This document shows, piece after piece, positions 14,013 through 26,210 of a stretch of 64,000 nt of DNA. A program made the position numbers and the translations under genes. The DNA comes from Squalus acanthias (Eukaryota): the NCBI GenBank assembly GCA_030390025.1, contig CM059432.1:143408001-143472000 (forward strand). The letters are read 5' to 3'. The stretch's first letter is position 1; every line of letters starts with the position of its first letter. The notes under the pieces were generated by a model that was given only the letters and a program-made list of their open reading frames with translations, searched no databases and was not told the DNA's origin.

Positions 14013-14905
14013 GGGGTAGAAATTAGGTCGCGCCCCATTTGGGGCGCAAATATCGTCCGGACGCAAATATTAGCGCCTGGCGCTAATTATCGGCACTGAC
14101 AGGAAACTTCACTTTTACCGCCCCGGGAGGTGAGTGGAGCGCTAAAGCAGGCGCTGCACACCTCTCTTAAGGCGCAAAGGCCGAGCAGTGAGGCGCTAAC
14201 TCGGAGCGCTGGCGAAGCTCATGTAATGTCAGTCAGCAATGGAACACACACACAATGGCATGGGCCAGTTCTTAAAGGGGATGGTTAATCTTGCTTTCCA
14301 TCCACATCCTGTTCATTGCTGCCTTGAATCTCGGCCTGGAGAGACTTGCACATCAAATGTGCTGGAAAGAACAATGGAGAGTACCAGGCAAAGAGCTCAG
14401 AGTGCAGCTCCCACAGTCTCTGCTAAATCGATACAAGGAATGGCAAATCAAAATGAACCTGCAAAGTGCTGCTCAGTACCCAAAACTCCCTCACACAACG
14501 TTGAATCTCTCCAGAAGTCTCTCCCTCTCTCTCTCAGAATGCGTAGTTCAAAAATGCCACCAACAATAAAAGACAGGAAGAGGCCCCCTTTAAATAGCGC
14601 CCCCCCCAGCCCCACAGCGATTGATAGCGTTCCAGTCTTCTGGTCGTTGGAAGCGCCAGGCGGTAAGGCAGGGGGCGCCACTCAATTTCCGCTACGGGGC
14701 GCCACAAGGGCGTTGCACCATGGAATGACGTCACAATCTGCGTGCGCAGGTGGTCGCAGCGGTAAGTTTTAGCGCCGCCGCACAATCTCAAGTTAAGTTC
14801 TCGAGCGGCGCAAACATCGCTGCGCCCGGGCGTTAGCGGCTTTGCGCCCCATTAGCGCCCTCTTAAGGCGCTAACGGGAGGCGCAACCAAGTGAATTTTT
14901 ACCCC
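14013..14905. mobile_element. GC-rich Harbinger-like MITE
   Basis: TIR GGGGTAGAAATT / AATTTTTACCCC; 3-bp TSD AGA. Confidence 0.72.
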
Positions 14906-15703
14906 AGAAAGTCCTACGAATCACTGCGTGAATACCATGGAGATCCAATAATATAACATTCATAATCTAAACTGCCATTATACAGGATACGCCATCACAT
15001 CCATTTTGTACAGTGAAATCGTATCACAGAACTTGAAACTGACATTTAAAGACATTCCTTATTGATGTAGGACATTAGCGCACAAAACATGAATTGCATT
15101 GATTGGGAAGTTTCATTTTTTATAATAAAACACGCCACCCCAGCCTCCCATTTAAGAACTTTTGTTGAAGACAATCACCTTTATCGGGTGGACTTAAAAC
15201 ACTGCAAAGAGTGAAAACATTTTTTTTTATATATAAACGCAGACTGCAACTTTCATTTATTGGGCACTACTATTTCAGAGTTTATGCCATTAGGCTTTAG
15301 CAATTCTGTTGTGAACTGTTTTATTCGGGTGCCCTTTCTATTAAATGCCTCATTTGCCTCAAGGTAACTTGATAGTTGGAGTTATTTAGTGGCTTGGATG
15401 AGTCTTATGGGGAAAGACTGGTCATTGCCAGCTCTGAGCAGTTTGTTGTCTGTCACATTTGCCCTTCTGGCTGAACAAAGCCTACTGCAATCGCAGCGAC
15501 ACGGATTGAATTACTAGAGGGATAACAATTCTACTGGGTACGACATGCAGAACACTTCACTGTTTCTTGCAGCTTGTAGAGAATCTACTCCCCTCCAAAA
15601 AGCACAGACAAGAGAAACGGCCATTTCCATCAAGAGAGGGTGCCGAGAATCTATGCCCCTATATGTATCTAGCACAGATTGTGCATCAGACTTCGGACAT
15701 TAA

Positions 15704-16535
15704 GGGGGGAATTTTAACCGAAAGAAACGGGTGGGTTGGGGTCGTGTGGGAAATTGAAATGTTAAAAATCTGAATCCCGACCAGAACCCGCCTCCAACCC
15801 GCCCACTTCCAGATTTGAGAGAGGCAGGTCGTCTATTTAAATATTATAATGAGGCTGGAAGCCTCTGCTTTAACCTCCATTTTGAATTTTACTTTAGCTG
15901 GTCGGGTTTTACAGGCCTCGTGAAACCCGCCAGCTAACGCAAGGCGAGGACTGCTGGATCCAGCATCCCTACCTAACCCACCCAGAGACCTCCGATCACC
16001 TCCATGCTCCTCCGGCCCCCAATCTGCTACTCCGGTCACCGATCAATCCCTACCCACCCCCCCACCCTGCTCCTCCGGCCACCAATCCCCCTCCCCGCCC
16101 AGTGACACCACCACCCCCCTTCTCCTCCAGCCCCCGATCCTTGCCGATCTCACCACCCCCCACCCTCTCCTCCGGCTCTCCCCCTGCTCCTCCGGCCCCC
16201 AATCCTTAACGACCCCACCATCCGCTTCTCCAGCCCCCGACCTTCACCTGACCCCCTTCCCCGTGCTCCTCCGGCCACACCCCACCCCCCAGGAGATCCC
16301 TCCCTCCCTCCTCTCTGCGGCCTAGTGCCACAGGCCTACCTGTCTGGAGCAAATATGACTGGCTGCGGGTGGGAAACAGAGGTGTCCCATGCAAATTAGG
16401 CCCTGTTGTTAAATTTGCCAGGGCCTGCGGAAAACCCGCTCTCCTGCATTCCCCGACCGCTTTGGAACCACCATCCACCCACCCCCCCGCCCCCACCGCG
16501 CTCCCAACCCCTCCTTCCCTATTAAATTTCAGCCC
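15704..16535. mobile_element. Probable Harbinger-like MITE with C-rich interior
   Basis: Imperfect TIR GGGGGAATTTTAA / TTAAATTTCAGCCC; resembles 2765-3608. Confidence 0.5.
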
Positions 16536-16861
16536 AATATGTGCAAATTTTTCACATTTGCACTTGATTGGCTCAAATTTCATATTCATATAACAGCAAC
16601 AAATCAGTACATATCAATGAACAAGTAGTAACATTAATCACCAAATAAAACCAAAACTACTAATCAAAATGAGCAATGAGCTACAAATAGCAAGGAGCAG
16701 AACAGGAACTAATGAAATCACCCCAAATGTCCCTAAACACATCTTCCATCAGAGGTGTGTCCCTCTCTGATAATGATGTGGAGATGCCGGCGTTGGACTG
16801 GGGTGGACAAAAATGAGAAGTCGCACAACACCAGGTTATAGTCCAACAGATTTATTTAATT

Positions 16862-16899
16862 TTACAAGCTTTCGGAGCTGTCGCTCCTTCGTCAGGTAA
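16862..16899 (-). ncRNA. Minimal type I hammerhead ribozyme motif (family A, mirror copy; sense in NUDCD1 intron 1)
   Basis: Exact reverse complement of 17769-17806. Confidence 0.78.
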
Positions 16900-17768
16900 G
16901 TTAGCAATGAGAGAATCTCCCAGAATTCACAATTTAAACCCAGACAAAATCTATTCACATTATTCGCTACAACAAAGAGCACAGCCAAGACAATGAGATG
17001 TGTCCCAGGGGGTCCAACGTGTCAAACCACCTGCTGGCTGCATATCCTGTCAATTTGTGTTCTTGTGTTAGCCTTTTTAAAAAAAAAAAACAAAAAAAAA
17101 AAAAAACAAAAAAAAACACCTGGGAAGACCGGCCATGATGTCAAGTCACGTTCTGTATCGTGACATGAACCCGATATCGCGATTGAGGCCATCCTCATGA
17201 GTGCGGAACTTGGCTATCAGTTTCTGCTCTATGATTTTGCGCTGTCGTGTATCTCGAAGGCCGCCTTGGAGAACGCTTACCCGCAGATCCGAGGCTGAAT
17301 GCCCCTGGCTGCCAGGCAGGCAGGAGGGTTGCCTCCCAGTCGGGGAACACTTCAGCAGCCAGGGGCATTCAGCCTCGGATCTGCGGGTAAGCGTTCTCCA
17401 AGGCGGCCTTCGAGATACACGACAGCGCAAAATCATAGAGCAGAAACTGATAGCCAAGTTCCGCACTCATGAGGATGGCCTCAATCGCGATATCGGGTTA
17501 ATGTCACGATACAGAACGTGACTTGACATCATGGCCGGTCTTCCCAGGTGTTTTTTTTGGTTTGTTTTTTTTTTTGTTTTTTTTTTTTTAAAAAGGCTAA
17601 CACAAGAACACAAATTGACAGGATATGCAGCCAGCAGGTGGTTTGACACGTTGGACCCCCTGGGACACATCTCATTGTCTTGGCTGTGCTCTTTGTTGTA
17701 GCGAATAATGTGAATAGATTTTGTCTGGGTTTAAATTGTGAATTCTGGGAGATTCTCTCATTGCTAAC

Positions 17769-17806
17769 TTACCTGACGAAGGAGCGACAGCTCCGAAAGC
17801 TTGTAA
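17769..17806 (+). ncRNA. Minimal type I hammerhead ribozyme motif (family A)
   Basis: TTAC-CTGACGA-A-GGAGC GACA GCTCC-GAA-AGCT-T-GTAA: catalytic core boxes, 5-bp stem II, palindromic stem III, stem I TTAC/GTAA. Confidence 0.78.
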
Positions 17807-19769
17807 AATTAAATAAATCTGTTGGACTATAACCTGGTGTTGTGCGACTTCTCCTCTTTGATAAGGCAGAGAACTTGGAGTGGGCTTTGGAAGGAGGGAG
17901 GGAGTGAAGTTGATCAGAGCACTTAGGATGAGCATATAAAGGAGGGAAGGAACAGAACTGCAGTTCTCAGGTCGGATCTGTGAGGGAGGGACCGAAGTGA
18001 ACCTGAGCTCTAGGGTGGACCTGCATGGGAGGAGGAGGAGTGGAGTCAAACCACCCGGGACAAACCTGTGAAGGAGGAACCAGACCTGAGCTGGAGAGCT
18101 CAGACTGACCTACGAGGAAGGGAGCAGAGTGCAGCAAAGTAGAGCTGGAACCGAAGCACTCAAAGCAGGTACGGAAAGAGGGAGGGGGCAAAACTAGAGC
18201 CCTCGGGTTGGGCAGATGGAGAGGATAGAGAGCCAGTACTGGGGCATGAAAGAGCAGGAAAATGTGGGCCAAACTACAGAGTGGTGTACTTGGGTTTTTG
18301 ATCCCCTGCTCATGCATTGCTCATGTGGGGCCCTCACCTGGGCCAGAGCATGGAGTATGAGGCATGGGTTTACCTGCTCCTGTCCGCTCACTGAGAAGAG
18401 CATACCCAGTCTTGAGGCTGTTGGTGAAGCCCGGCGCAATCGTCAGCAGCCAGTCATGGAATGAGAAAGGGTCGTTGTTGGAAGCGATTAGAAGATGGGA
18501 AAGTTTGTGACTTTGTTCTGAATTGTTGAACTTCTTATGTCCATTATGCTGTTTTTAAAAGAGTATAGCGGTCGGTGGGTGAAGAACTGTCACGGTGGCT
18601 GAATATTGGAAATTGTGTGTGCATTGCAATGGGTATGGGGAGAAAGTTTTGTTGCAACCTTCCTTTGAGTGAATTTTTGGGGGGGCGGGGGGAGGAAGAA
18701 AGATTTTGAGAGAGAAAATAAAAAGTAACCTATTAAAAAAAGAGAAAAACAAAGGCAATACAAACTTAACCAATGGTGAGGCAGAAAATTGACAGTCACA
18801 ACAGAACATGCAATATTACAGCTTTAAAACAGATAAAGTTTGCAATAATCAAATAACCTCCCTGTATCAAGTTGAAAAAAGCACTTTGAAACAAATTAAA
18901 ATTCATTGTAGCTACACTACAGTTCAATATAGTTCAGTAAAACCTGCCCTAGTAACAGGTTTGGCTATAGCTACAACAGGAGGGGGAAAAAGCTATTACA
19001 ATCTTTACTGTGCCTCTGTGCATAATGAAAATGTCTATCAGAAGGCCCTTTCACATTATGGCTCCTGAGAGAGCGCGAGAGAAACAGATGATTTCCCTGC
19101 GTCACTTCCCCATTTTTAGATTTGAGGTCTGCTGCTGGTCTCCTCCAGTCCCACGAGAGGTTGATTGAGTGCAGAAAACAGCTCTTCTACACGGAATGGC
19201 CCCAAATCGTTTAATGGCTTGCTTCCAATCAACTATTACCTGTTTGGATGCCAGCTCAGTACATTTACTAGCCAGGGTTCTGATAACACATGGCGGGACT
19301 AGAAAGAGTCAGTCTCTTCTGAAGCCAAAATAAGGTAGGTTGGATCACTTATACTTCGGGAGTGCTGTCAAGTGAGCGAGACTTGACTCAATGGTATTCT
19401 AGCAGTGCAAACACACTTAGAGACATAGGAAGGTCATTTTTTCTGCCCTTCTCTTCTAGCGAACAGTTTCTTAGACACCAACAGCCCTCCTAAGTGGATT
19501 TTTTTCATGAGAACTGGCAGGCTATTCAGGCATGGTATGCTCCCACAGTCGATGACGTCCTTTCCCGACAGCAACACATATGCAAGTTCCAGAAGAATCA
19601 CTGAAGAGCAATCAAGCAATGGGAACCCTGGCTGATTTTCCCTCCCTTGTCCAAGGATAACAGGAGGAGGCTATAGCTTTCTATACATTGGATACAAGGA
19701 TCTCAACTCTACCCGTTTCCCTTCACTTCCTTTCGGCAATGATCAGAAGTTTGTTTCTCCTCAATAATA

Positions 19770-20045
19770 CTTCAACTACCAGAGGACACAGATTTAAGAT
19801 AATTGGCAAAAGAATCTGAGGGGAGATGAGGAGAATTCTTTTTACGCAGCGAGTTTTGATGATTTGGAATTCACTGCGTGAAAGGGCGGTGGAAGCAGAT
19901 TTAATAATAACTTTCAAAAGGGAATTGGATAAATACTTGAAAAGGAAAAAAAATTCAGGGCTATGGGGAAAGAGGGGGGGGGGAGTGGGACTAATTGGAT
20001 AGCATGATGGGCCGAATGGCCTCTTTCTGTGCTGTATGATTCTAT
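19770..20045 (+). mobile_element. CR1 3' end fragment (similar pieces at ~6890-7040 +, 22830-23115 -, 28003-28290 +, 28620-29170 -, 29480-29780 +, 36255-36390 -, 50565-50840 -)
   Basis: Shared CR1 3' UTR (..GGGCCGAATGGCCT..CTGTGCTGTATGATTCTAT). Confidence 0.75.
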
Positions 20046-21052
20046 AACTAGGCAGGATCACAACCTTGAACCTCAAACTGTCCTACTCTTAGATGGAGAA
20101 CGAATAGTGGAGGAAAGAAGTCATAAAAGTACAGGAAAGAATTTTTAAGAAATACCAACATGGAATAAACGGAGTAAGGAGGAGACAGAAGTAAAATAAA
20201 GGTTAAAAAAAAATAATTCTTTGCAAAGAAAAAAATCTCAAAACTTGAAGAACTGTGATCTTTCAACACTTCACACTTCCAGCATTTCAATCAGATGCAA
20301 GATCTAGCTGTCCCAGCGGAGTGTAAATCACCTCGAGTCTTTTAATCTGCTGTACTGTCACCCTGTCTCTAAGGACACAAAACTGTTAACAGTCGATGGC
20401 CCAAACGCCACCTGGCAGATTCCTGCGTGATTGATTTCACACCTCTGCCAGTACGAAACCGATTGTTTTAGCGGGGCCCTCCTCGTAGACGTGTCGGTAA
20501 CTGACGGTTATTTTGTGGCAATGAGGGAACCCAATGCCATTTTATTGGTTCGAACAAAGCAGACAAGTGTAAATAGGATCGGTATGCAGCTGAATAGCGA
20601 GGATTTCGTACTAAGTACTGTAGCTCATTAACAATTCCCGCACCCCGTGCCAAGGGATTGATGAGGCAGTTTGCTGACAAACACAACAGGATGAAGCAAC
20701 TAATCAAACCTAAGTGGAGTGCTTGCAAATCAGCATCCTGCTAAAACAGTGCATCAGTCTGTAAAAAAAATGTATTGCAGAAAATCGCTCCCCAGTGGGC
20801 TGTCGAACCAAAACAGACATCCCACTTATTCATCTCAATTCAGTGGCGTGTTATATATTAATAATCAGAATCAGGAAAGAAAGCCTTGTGTGATCAAAAT
20901 GTCGAGTCAAACTGCACTGCAGTATCTGGTGACAGGAGCAATCCCGTTACCGATTGTGGCCAGTACACTCACACACACCCAGACCTGCCCCGCATCAGCA
21001 TATAAAGACCAAGCTTAAGATGGGAAAGGTATGTCACTCTTTGGGGCTAAAA

Positions 21053-21330
21053 GCGTGTGTCTGTGTGTGAGTGTGCGTGGCTGTGCTTGCATGGGCGCAC
21101 CCGTGAATGAGTGTGTGCGCATGAGTGTGTGCCTGTGCGCAAGTGTGTGTGCCTGAGCATGTATGCCTGTGCGAGTATGAGTGTGAGTGTGTGAGTGAGC
21201 GTGTGCATACATGTGCCTGTGAGAGTGTGTGCCTGTGCATGCGGGGGGGGGGGGGGGGGGGGGGTGTGCTAGCGTGTGCGCCTGTGTGTGAGTGATAGAG
21301 AGTTTCTGTGCGTGTGTGTGTGTGTGTGTG
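21053..21330 (+). repeat. Degenerate (TG)n microsatellite with poly-G
   Basis: Direct inspection. Confidence 0.85.
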
Positions 21331-23979
21331 ATCGTTTTATATACAGGTAATATTTATTCTGCGGTGCTATAAATTTTAAATCAATTGTGTTTTTTGATCA
21401 GCCAGGTGCTTGACACCGACAGAAATCCGACACCATGATGAAGAGTCTCTGAAAGAAGCTACCGAGAAATCCACTCAGAGTTTTTGTTTGCCCAAAATAG
21501 AATGTACATTCTCTCCTTGTACAGACCTAAACCCAGAGATTTCATACAGAGGTTGGGAACAGCCAGGGATAAGAGATATTGCTCGAGTTTAACCAGCATT
21601 GGAAACACTGGAGGAATCTTTGATCCTACTGCTAATCTAAAACTTTCTTCTTTCCTGCTGGGCTGTCTCCAATTTTAAATTCAGCATCAGGAGCCTGGAG
21701 GGGGGAAAAAAAAAGAATTCCTATTTAATAATCATGGCACTAAAGAAGCAGAGCATCTTCCTTGTAGCTGTTGCTCGGATTTGGAAACACTCCCTCCCAT
21801 CAGCAGCCCGGGCTTCTACTGCTGAGTTTAAATCAGGTGCAAAGAGCTCCTGCCGACTGCCACTGGTCTGTCCCGTGCAAGGGATCTTGGAGGCTGCTTG
21901 GTCTATTTAAAAGGAACAGGACTTCAGAGCTTTGATTGCAGATTTACAACGTTTTGGTTAAAACTATGCTGGACTCAACATGCTTGCTACGTGCCTAAGC
22001 CATACAGTTATGACAATACTGCTCTCGAAAAAATGAAAGTTTTATTCTGAAGTGGATGGGGGGGGGAGGGGGAGAGTCAGAAAGTTGACAAATAAAGTGC
22101 CTTAATCAGCATAAGCAGGCAACTTGCATTATCCTGTGATAAGTTAGGTAGTAATAATTGAACTGCAGGAGTTTAATTTATTGCTCCAATGTGAATTTTT
22201 TATTGTGCTTCTTCTCTCAACATCTAGAAGTACTACACCAAACATTTAAGAGGATAATTTGATGTTGCACTGAAATGTTGGGAGGCCTTATTGCAGCAGT
22301 ATCCAAGCTTTGTGTCTTCATAGGCCACTTGTGCGTACTATGGAGCCCCACTAATGTGTATATATATCTCAGACTGCTGAAGCCAACAGATCTTGGTGTT
22401 CTGTTTTAGGATTTATCCACCAGCAAGGCAACAATACTAATACCAACAGGTTCTTTCCAAATCTCCAAGACCACAAATCTCAAACAGGACCAGTAACAAG
22501 CAAGAAATGTAAGCAGAAATAGACAACCACAGGCCATAGTTTGGACACCCTGGCCTTGCCAGAAATACATTTGGGAACCATGGTTAAAATTTTGTTTGGC
22601 AAGGCAAGTTAAAGAGACAACACTTACAGGAAAGGAGGAAAATAGCAAAGAAAAATTGTCAAGAAGAGAGATGAGAAAATACACATTAAATTAGGTACGG
22701 AATCAGTCCCCTAACAAATCTATTTGCATCTCAAATTCAGCTGCAAGAAGTCACGATAGTGCGTCGACAGTTACTGAGCACCAATCAGGCAACAAGGTCA
22801 GTCGCAGCTGACCCACATTTTTGATAAAAATCATAGTCGTACAGCACAGGAGGCCATTCGGCCCATCGTGCCTGTGCGGGCTCTTTGAAAGAGCGATCCA
22901 ATTAGTCCCACTCCCCTGCCTTTCTCCATAGCCCTGTAATTATTTCCCTTTCAAGTATATATCCTATTCCCTTTTAAAAGTTTTTATTGAATCTGCTTCC
23001 ACCAACCTTTCTGGCAGTGCATTCCAGATCATAACAACTCACTGTGTAAAAAAAGAAAATTCTCATCTCGCTTCTGGTTCTTTTGCCAATTATCTTAAAT
23101 CTGTCTCCTCTGGTAAGAAAGCAGAGAAATGCTACTGCGACTTTTAAAAAAGGAAAATTATATTCTATGTAACAAGATTATTGGTTGCAATATCACATCA
23201 TTAGCAACTCTATATCAGGTACAATTCCAGTGAAGACACACTGCTCCTCTAATATGGTGCTCTCTTATTTCAAGATCATGCACACCACACTGTGTTCATT
23301 CATGGTACTGTAATCTCAGGGTCTGGTAACAAAGCTGCACTTCTATGTCTTGACAACTGCTGGCACGTTAAAAGACTTGCATTTATATAGCGCCTTTCAT
23401 GACCTAGGACGTCCCAAAGCGCTTTACAGCCAATTAAGTACTTTTGACGTCACTGTTGGTTGAGGGATAAATATTGGCCAGGACACCAGGGATAACTTCC
23501 CTGCTCTTCTTCGAAATAGTGCCATGGGCTCTTTTATGTCCACCTAAGAGGACAGACGGGGCCTCAGTTTAACGTCTCATCTGAAAGACGACACCTCCAA
23601 CAGTGCAGCACTCTTTCCGTACTGCACTACGAGTGTCAGCCTAGACTATGTGCTCAAGGAGTGGGACTTGAACCCACGATCTTCTGACTCAGAGGCGAGA
23701 GTGCTACCCACTGAGCCACGGCTGGTATTTTCCTCACATCACTACTGACGACCATAATGAGGAAAACAGCTTTCATCTCAATAAATACATAGCAGCCTTA
23801 AATTTTAAAAAGTAAAATAACTTAATGCACGGTATATAAAATCAAACATAAGATTTAAGTAACTACAACAAACCTAAGTGATCAGCTGACATTGTAAACT
23901 AATCAGCTGAGCCCCCTGCAACAGAACAGGATCACTACAACAATTTTAAAAATTCTCTCCCATGCTGTAAATTTGAGTC

Positions 23980-24341
23980 TTCCTCTCCCAATTTCACTCT
24001 GTCTTTCTCCCTGTCTCTGTCCATCCATCCCCCTCGATCCATCCATCTCTCTCTCTCTCTCTCACATTCTCTCTCTGCCCATCTCCCCCTCCTCCTCTCC
24101 ATCCATCCATCCGTCCCTCTCTCTCGGTACGTCTGTCTGTCTGTCTCTCAGCCCATTCATCGGTCGGTTTCTCTGTTGCTCTGCCCATCTGTCTGTCTCT
24201 CGCTCTGCCCGTCTATCTGTCGCTCGCTCTGCCCGCCCACCTCTCTCTCTCGCTCTGCCCGCCTGTCTTGCTCGCGCTCTGCCCATCTGTCTGTCTCTCG
24301 CTCTGCCCGTCTATCTGTTGCTCGCTCGCTCTGCCCGCCTG

Positions 24342-24376
<35 letters not shown>

Positions 24377-24445
24377 CTGCCCGCCCGTCTTGCCTGCGCT
24401 CTGCCCATCTGTCTGTCTCTCGCTCTGCCTGTCTGTCTGTCTCTA
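23980..24445 (+). repeat. CT-rich low-complexity/degenerate tandem repeat (CTCTCGCTCTGCCC units)
   Basis: Direct inspection. Confidence 0.85.
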
Positions 24446-25079
24446 GCTCTTTCAGAGTTTCAGTCTTGGCTCAGTGTTAGCACACTCACCGCTAAGTTAA
24501 GGTTATGAGATCAATATGTCAGGGGAAATATGTGCAAAAATCATGTAATATCACGGGGGGGAAATCAGTTGTGCCACAAACCTGAGATGGGACACTTTTG
24601 AAAATAAATCACTCTAAATGAGGTAAAGGGGCAATATGGTTATTTAAAATCAAATATTTAAATTTTATTTAGTCAACAGCACTGCACGGATGTGCAGGTT
24701 AGCTCTTGAATACTGAAGTAAAATTGGAAGCATGAGAGTTAATTGTGTTGCTGACATTTGCTGAAAGTGAGTCAAACAAGAATGACAGATGAGAAGGTCC
24801 GTGAACCAGCACAAGAAAAGAAAGAAGTGAAGCGGCTGATTTCAATGAGAAAATTAAATGCTGTGGCCACGGATGTTAGAGAGTGACAAGAAAAACTGCT
24901 TGGATTGTTACCATCTGGGATAGTTAACATACTATAAAACTGCAAATTTATTTATTTGGTAAATCTCACAGCACCTAGGACTTAAATAGGCAAAAACAGA
25001 ACTGCCCAGTTATGCAAAATACAATATTGCCTCTTTAAATTTACAATTGTTTCCCAGAGTCACTGGCACTTTTATGTTT

Positions 25080-25251
25080 GAAGTCGCACAACACCAGGTT
25101 ATAGTCCAACAGTTTTATTTGAAATCACAAGCTTTCGGAGCGCTGCTCCGAAAGCTTGTGATTTCAAATAAAACTGTTGGACTATAACCTGGTGTTGTGC
25201 GACTTCTCACTTTTGTCCACCCCAGTCCAACACCGGCATCTCCGCATCATG
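25080..25251 (+). mobile_element. Short Penelope-like family A insertion: 62-bp perfect hairpin plus tail
   Basis: Arms 25080-25141 and 25145-25206 with a 3-nt loop; tail 25207-25251 homologous to the reverse complement of 16773-16814; perfect 12-bp TSD ACTTTTATGTTT (25068-79, 25252-63). Confidence 0.85.
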
Positions 25252-26098
25252 ACTTTTATGTTTAATCAGCAGCTAATGTGAAGTGCCTGAGCATGCAAGA
25301 AGTTACCAACTGGTCTTAAGCCAGCATGCACACCATTCACCTCAGCAGCACTTTATATTATATCGAGTCTACAGCACAAACAGGCCATTCAGCCCAACTG
25401 GTCTAAGCTGGCCACACGAGCCCCCTCCCACCTTACTTCATCTAACCCTATCAGCATATCCTGCTATTCCTTTTTCCCGCTCGTGCTTATCTAGCTTCCC
25501 CTTAAATACGTCTATGCTATTCATCTCAACCAGCCCTGGTGGTAGCGACTTCCACATTCTCACCACTCCTTATCTCTGTAATCTCCTCCAGCCCTACAAT
25601 CCTCCGAGATCTCTGCGCTCTTCTAATTCTGGCCTTTTGACTATCCCCGATTTTAATCGCTCCGCCATTGGCGGCCGTGCCTTCAGCTGCCAAGGCCCTA
25701 AAGCTCTGGAATTCCCTCCCTAAACCTCACCGCCTCTCTAGCTCTCTTTACTCCTTTAAGATGCTCCTCAAAAAACCTACCTCTTTGACCAAGCTTTTGG
25801 TCATCTGCCCTAAAATTTCCTTATGTGGCTCGGTGTCAAATTTTGTTTTATAATGCTCCTGTGAAGTGCCTTGGGACGTTTTACTACATGAAAGGCGCTA
25901 TATAAATACAAGTTGTCGTTGTTATTGTAGTAAAGAAGTTTCTCCTGAATTCCCTATTGGGTTTGTTAATGACTATTATGGCTGCTAGCTTTGATCTCCC
26001 CCACAAGTGGAAACATCTTCTCTATGTCTACCCTATCAAACCCCTTCATAATTTTAAAGACCTCGATCAGGTCTCCCCTCAGTCTTCTCTCTTCTAGA

Positions 26099-26210
26099 TT
26101 GTAGATTCACTCATTGTAACTTTACCTGAGGAAGGGGCGACAGCTCCGAAAGCTTGTAATTTTAAATAAATCTGTTGGACTATAACCTGGTGTTGTGCGA
26201 CTTCTCATTT
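26099..26210 (+). mobile_element. Penelope-like family A pLTR fragment inserted in a CR1 LINE
   Basis: Homologous to 17755-17853; 14-bp TSD TTCTCTCTTCTAGA (26085-98, 26211-24). Confidence 0.85.
26122..26159 (+). ncRNA. Minimal type I hammerhead ribozyme motif (family A)
   Basis: TTAC-CTGAGGA-A-GGGGC GACA GCTCC-GAA-AGCT-T-GTAA; differences from 17769-17806 are the variable N7 position and one G-U wobble. Confidence 0.75.

Larger units (their letters stand above)
16773..17853. mobile_element. Penelope-like element family A: inverted duplication of the 3' end (GIY-YIG C-terminus plus pLTR)
   Basis: Arms 16815-17312 and 17355-17853 are near-perfect reverse complements encoding LPVGEHFSSQGHSASDLRVSVLQGGLRDTRQRKIIEQKLIAKFRTHEDGLN; unpaired tail 16773-16814; TSD CCTCTCTGATAA/CCTCTTTGATAA. 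Confidence 0.88.

Noticed and set aside
14239..14772. 177-aa ORF
   Set aside because: Lies within a MITE and shows no recognisable domain.
17146..17521. Two overlapping 106-aa ORFs on opposite strands with near-identical translations
   Set aside because: By-product of the palindrome; only the GIY-YIG C-terminal part is genuine TE coding sequence.
23973..24508. Multiple long ORFs rich in S/L/A/R
   Set aside because: Low-complexity CT repeat.
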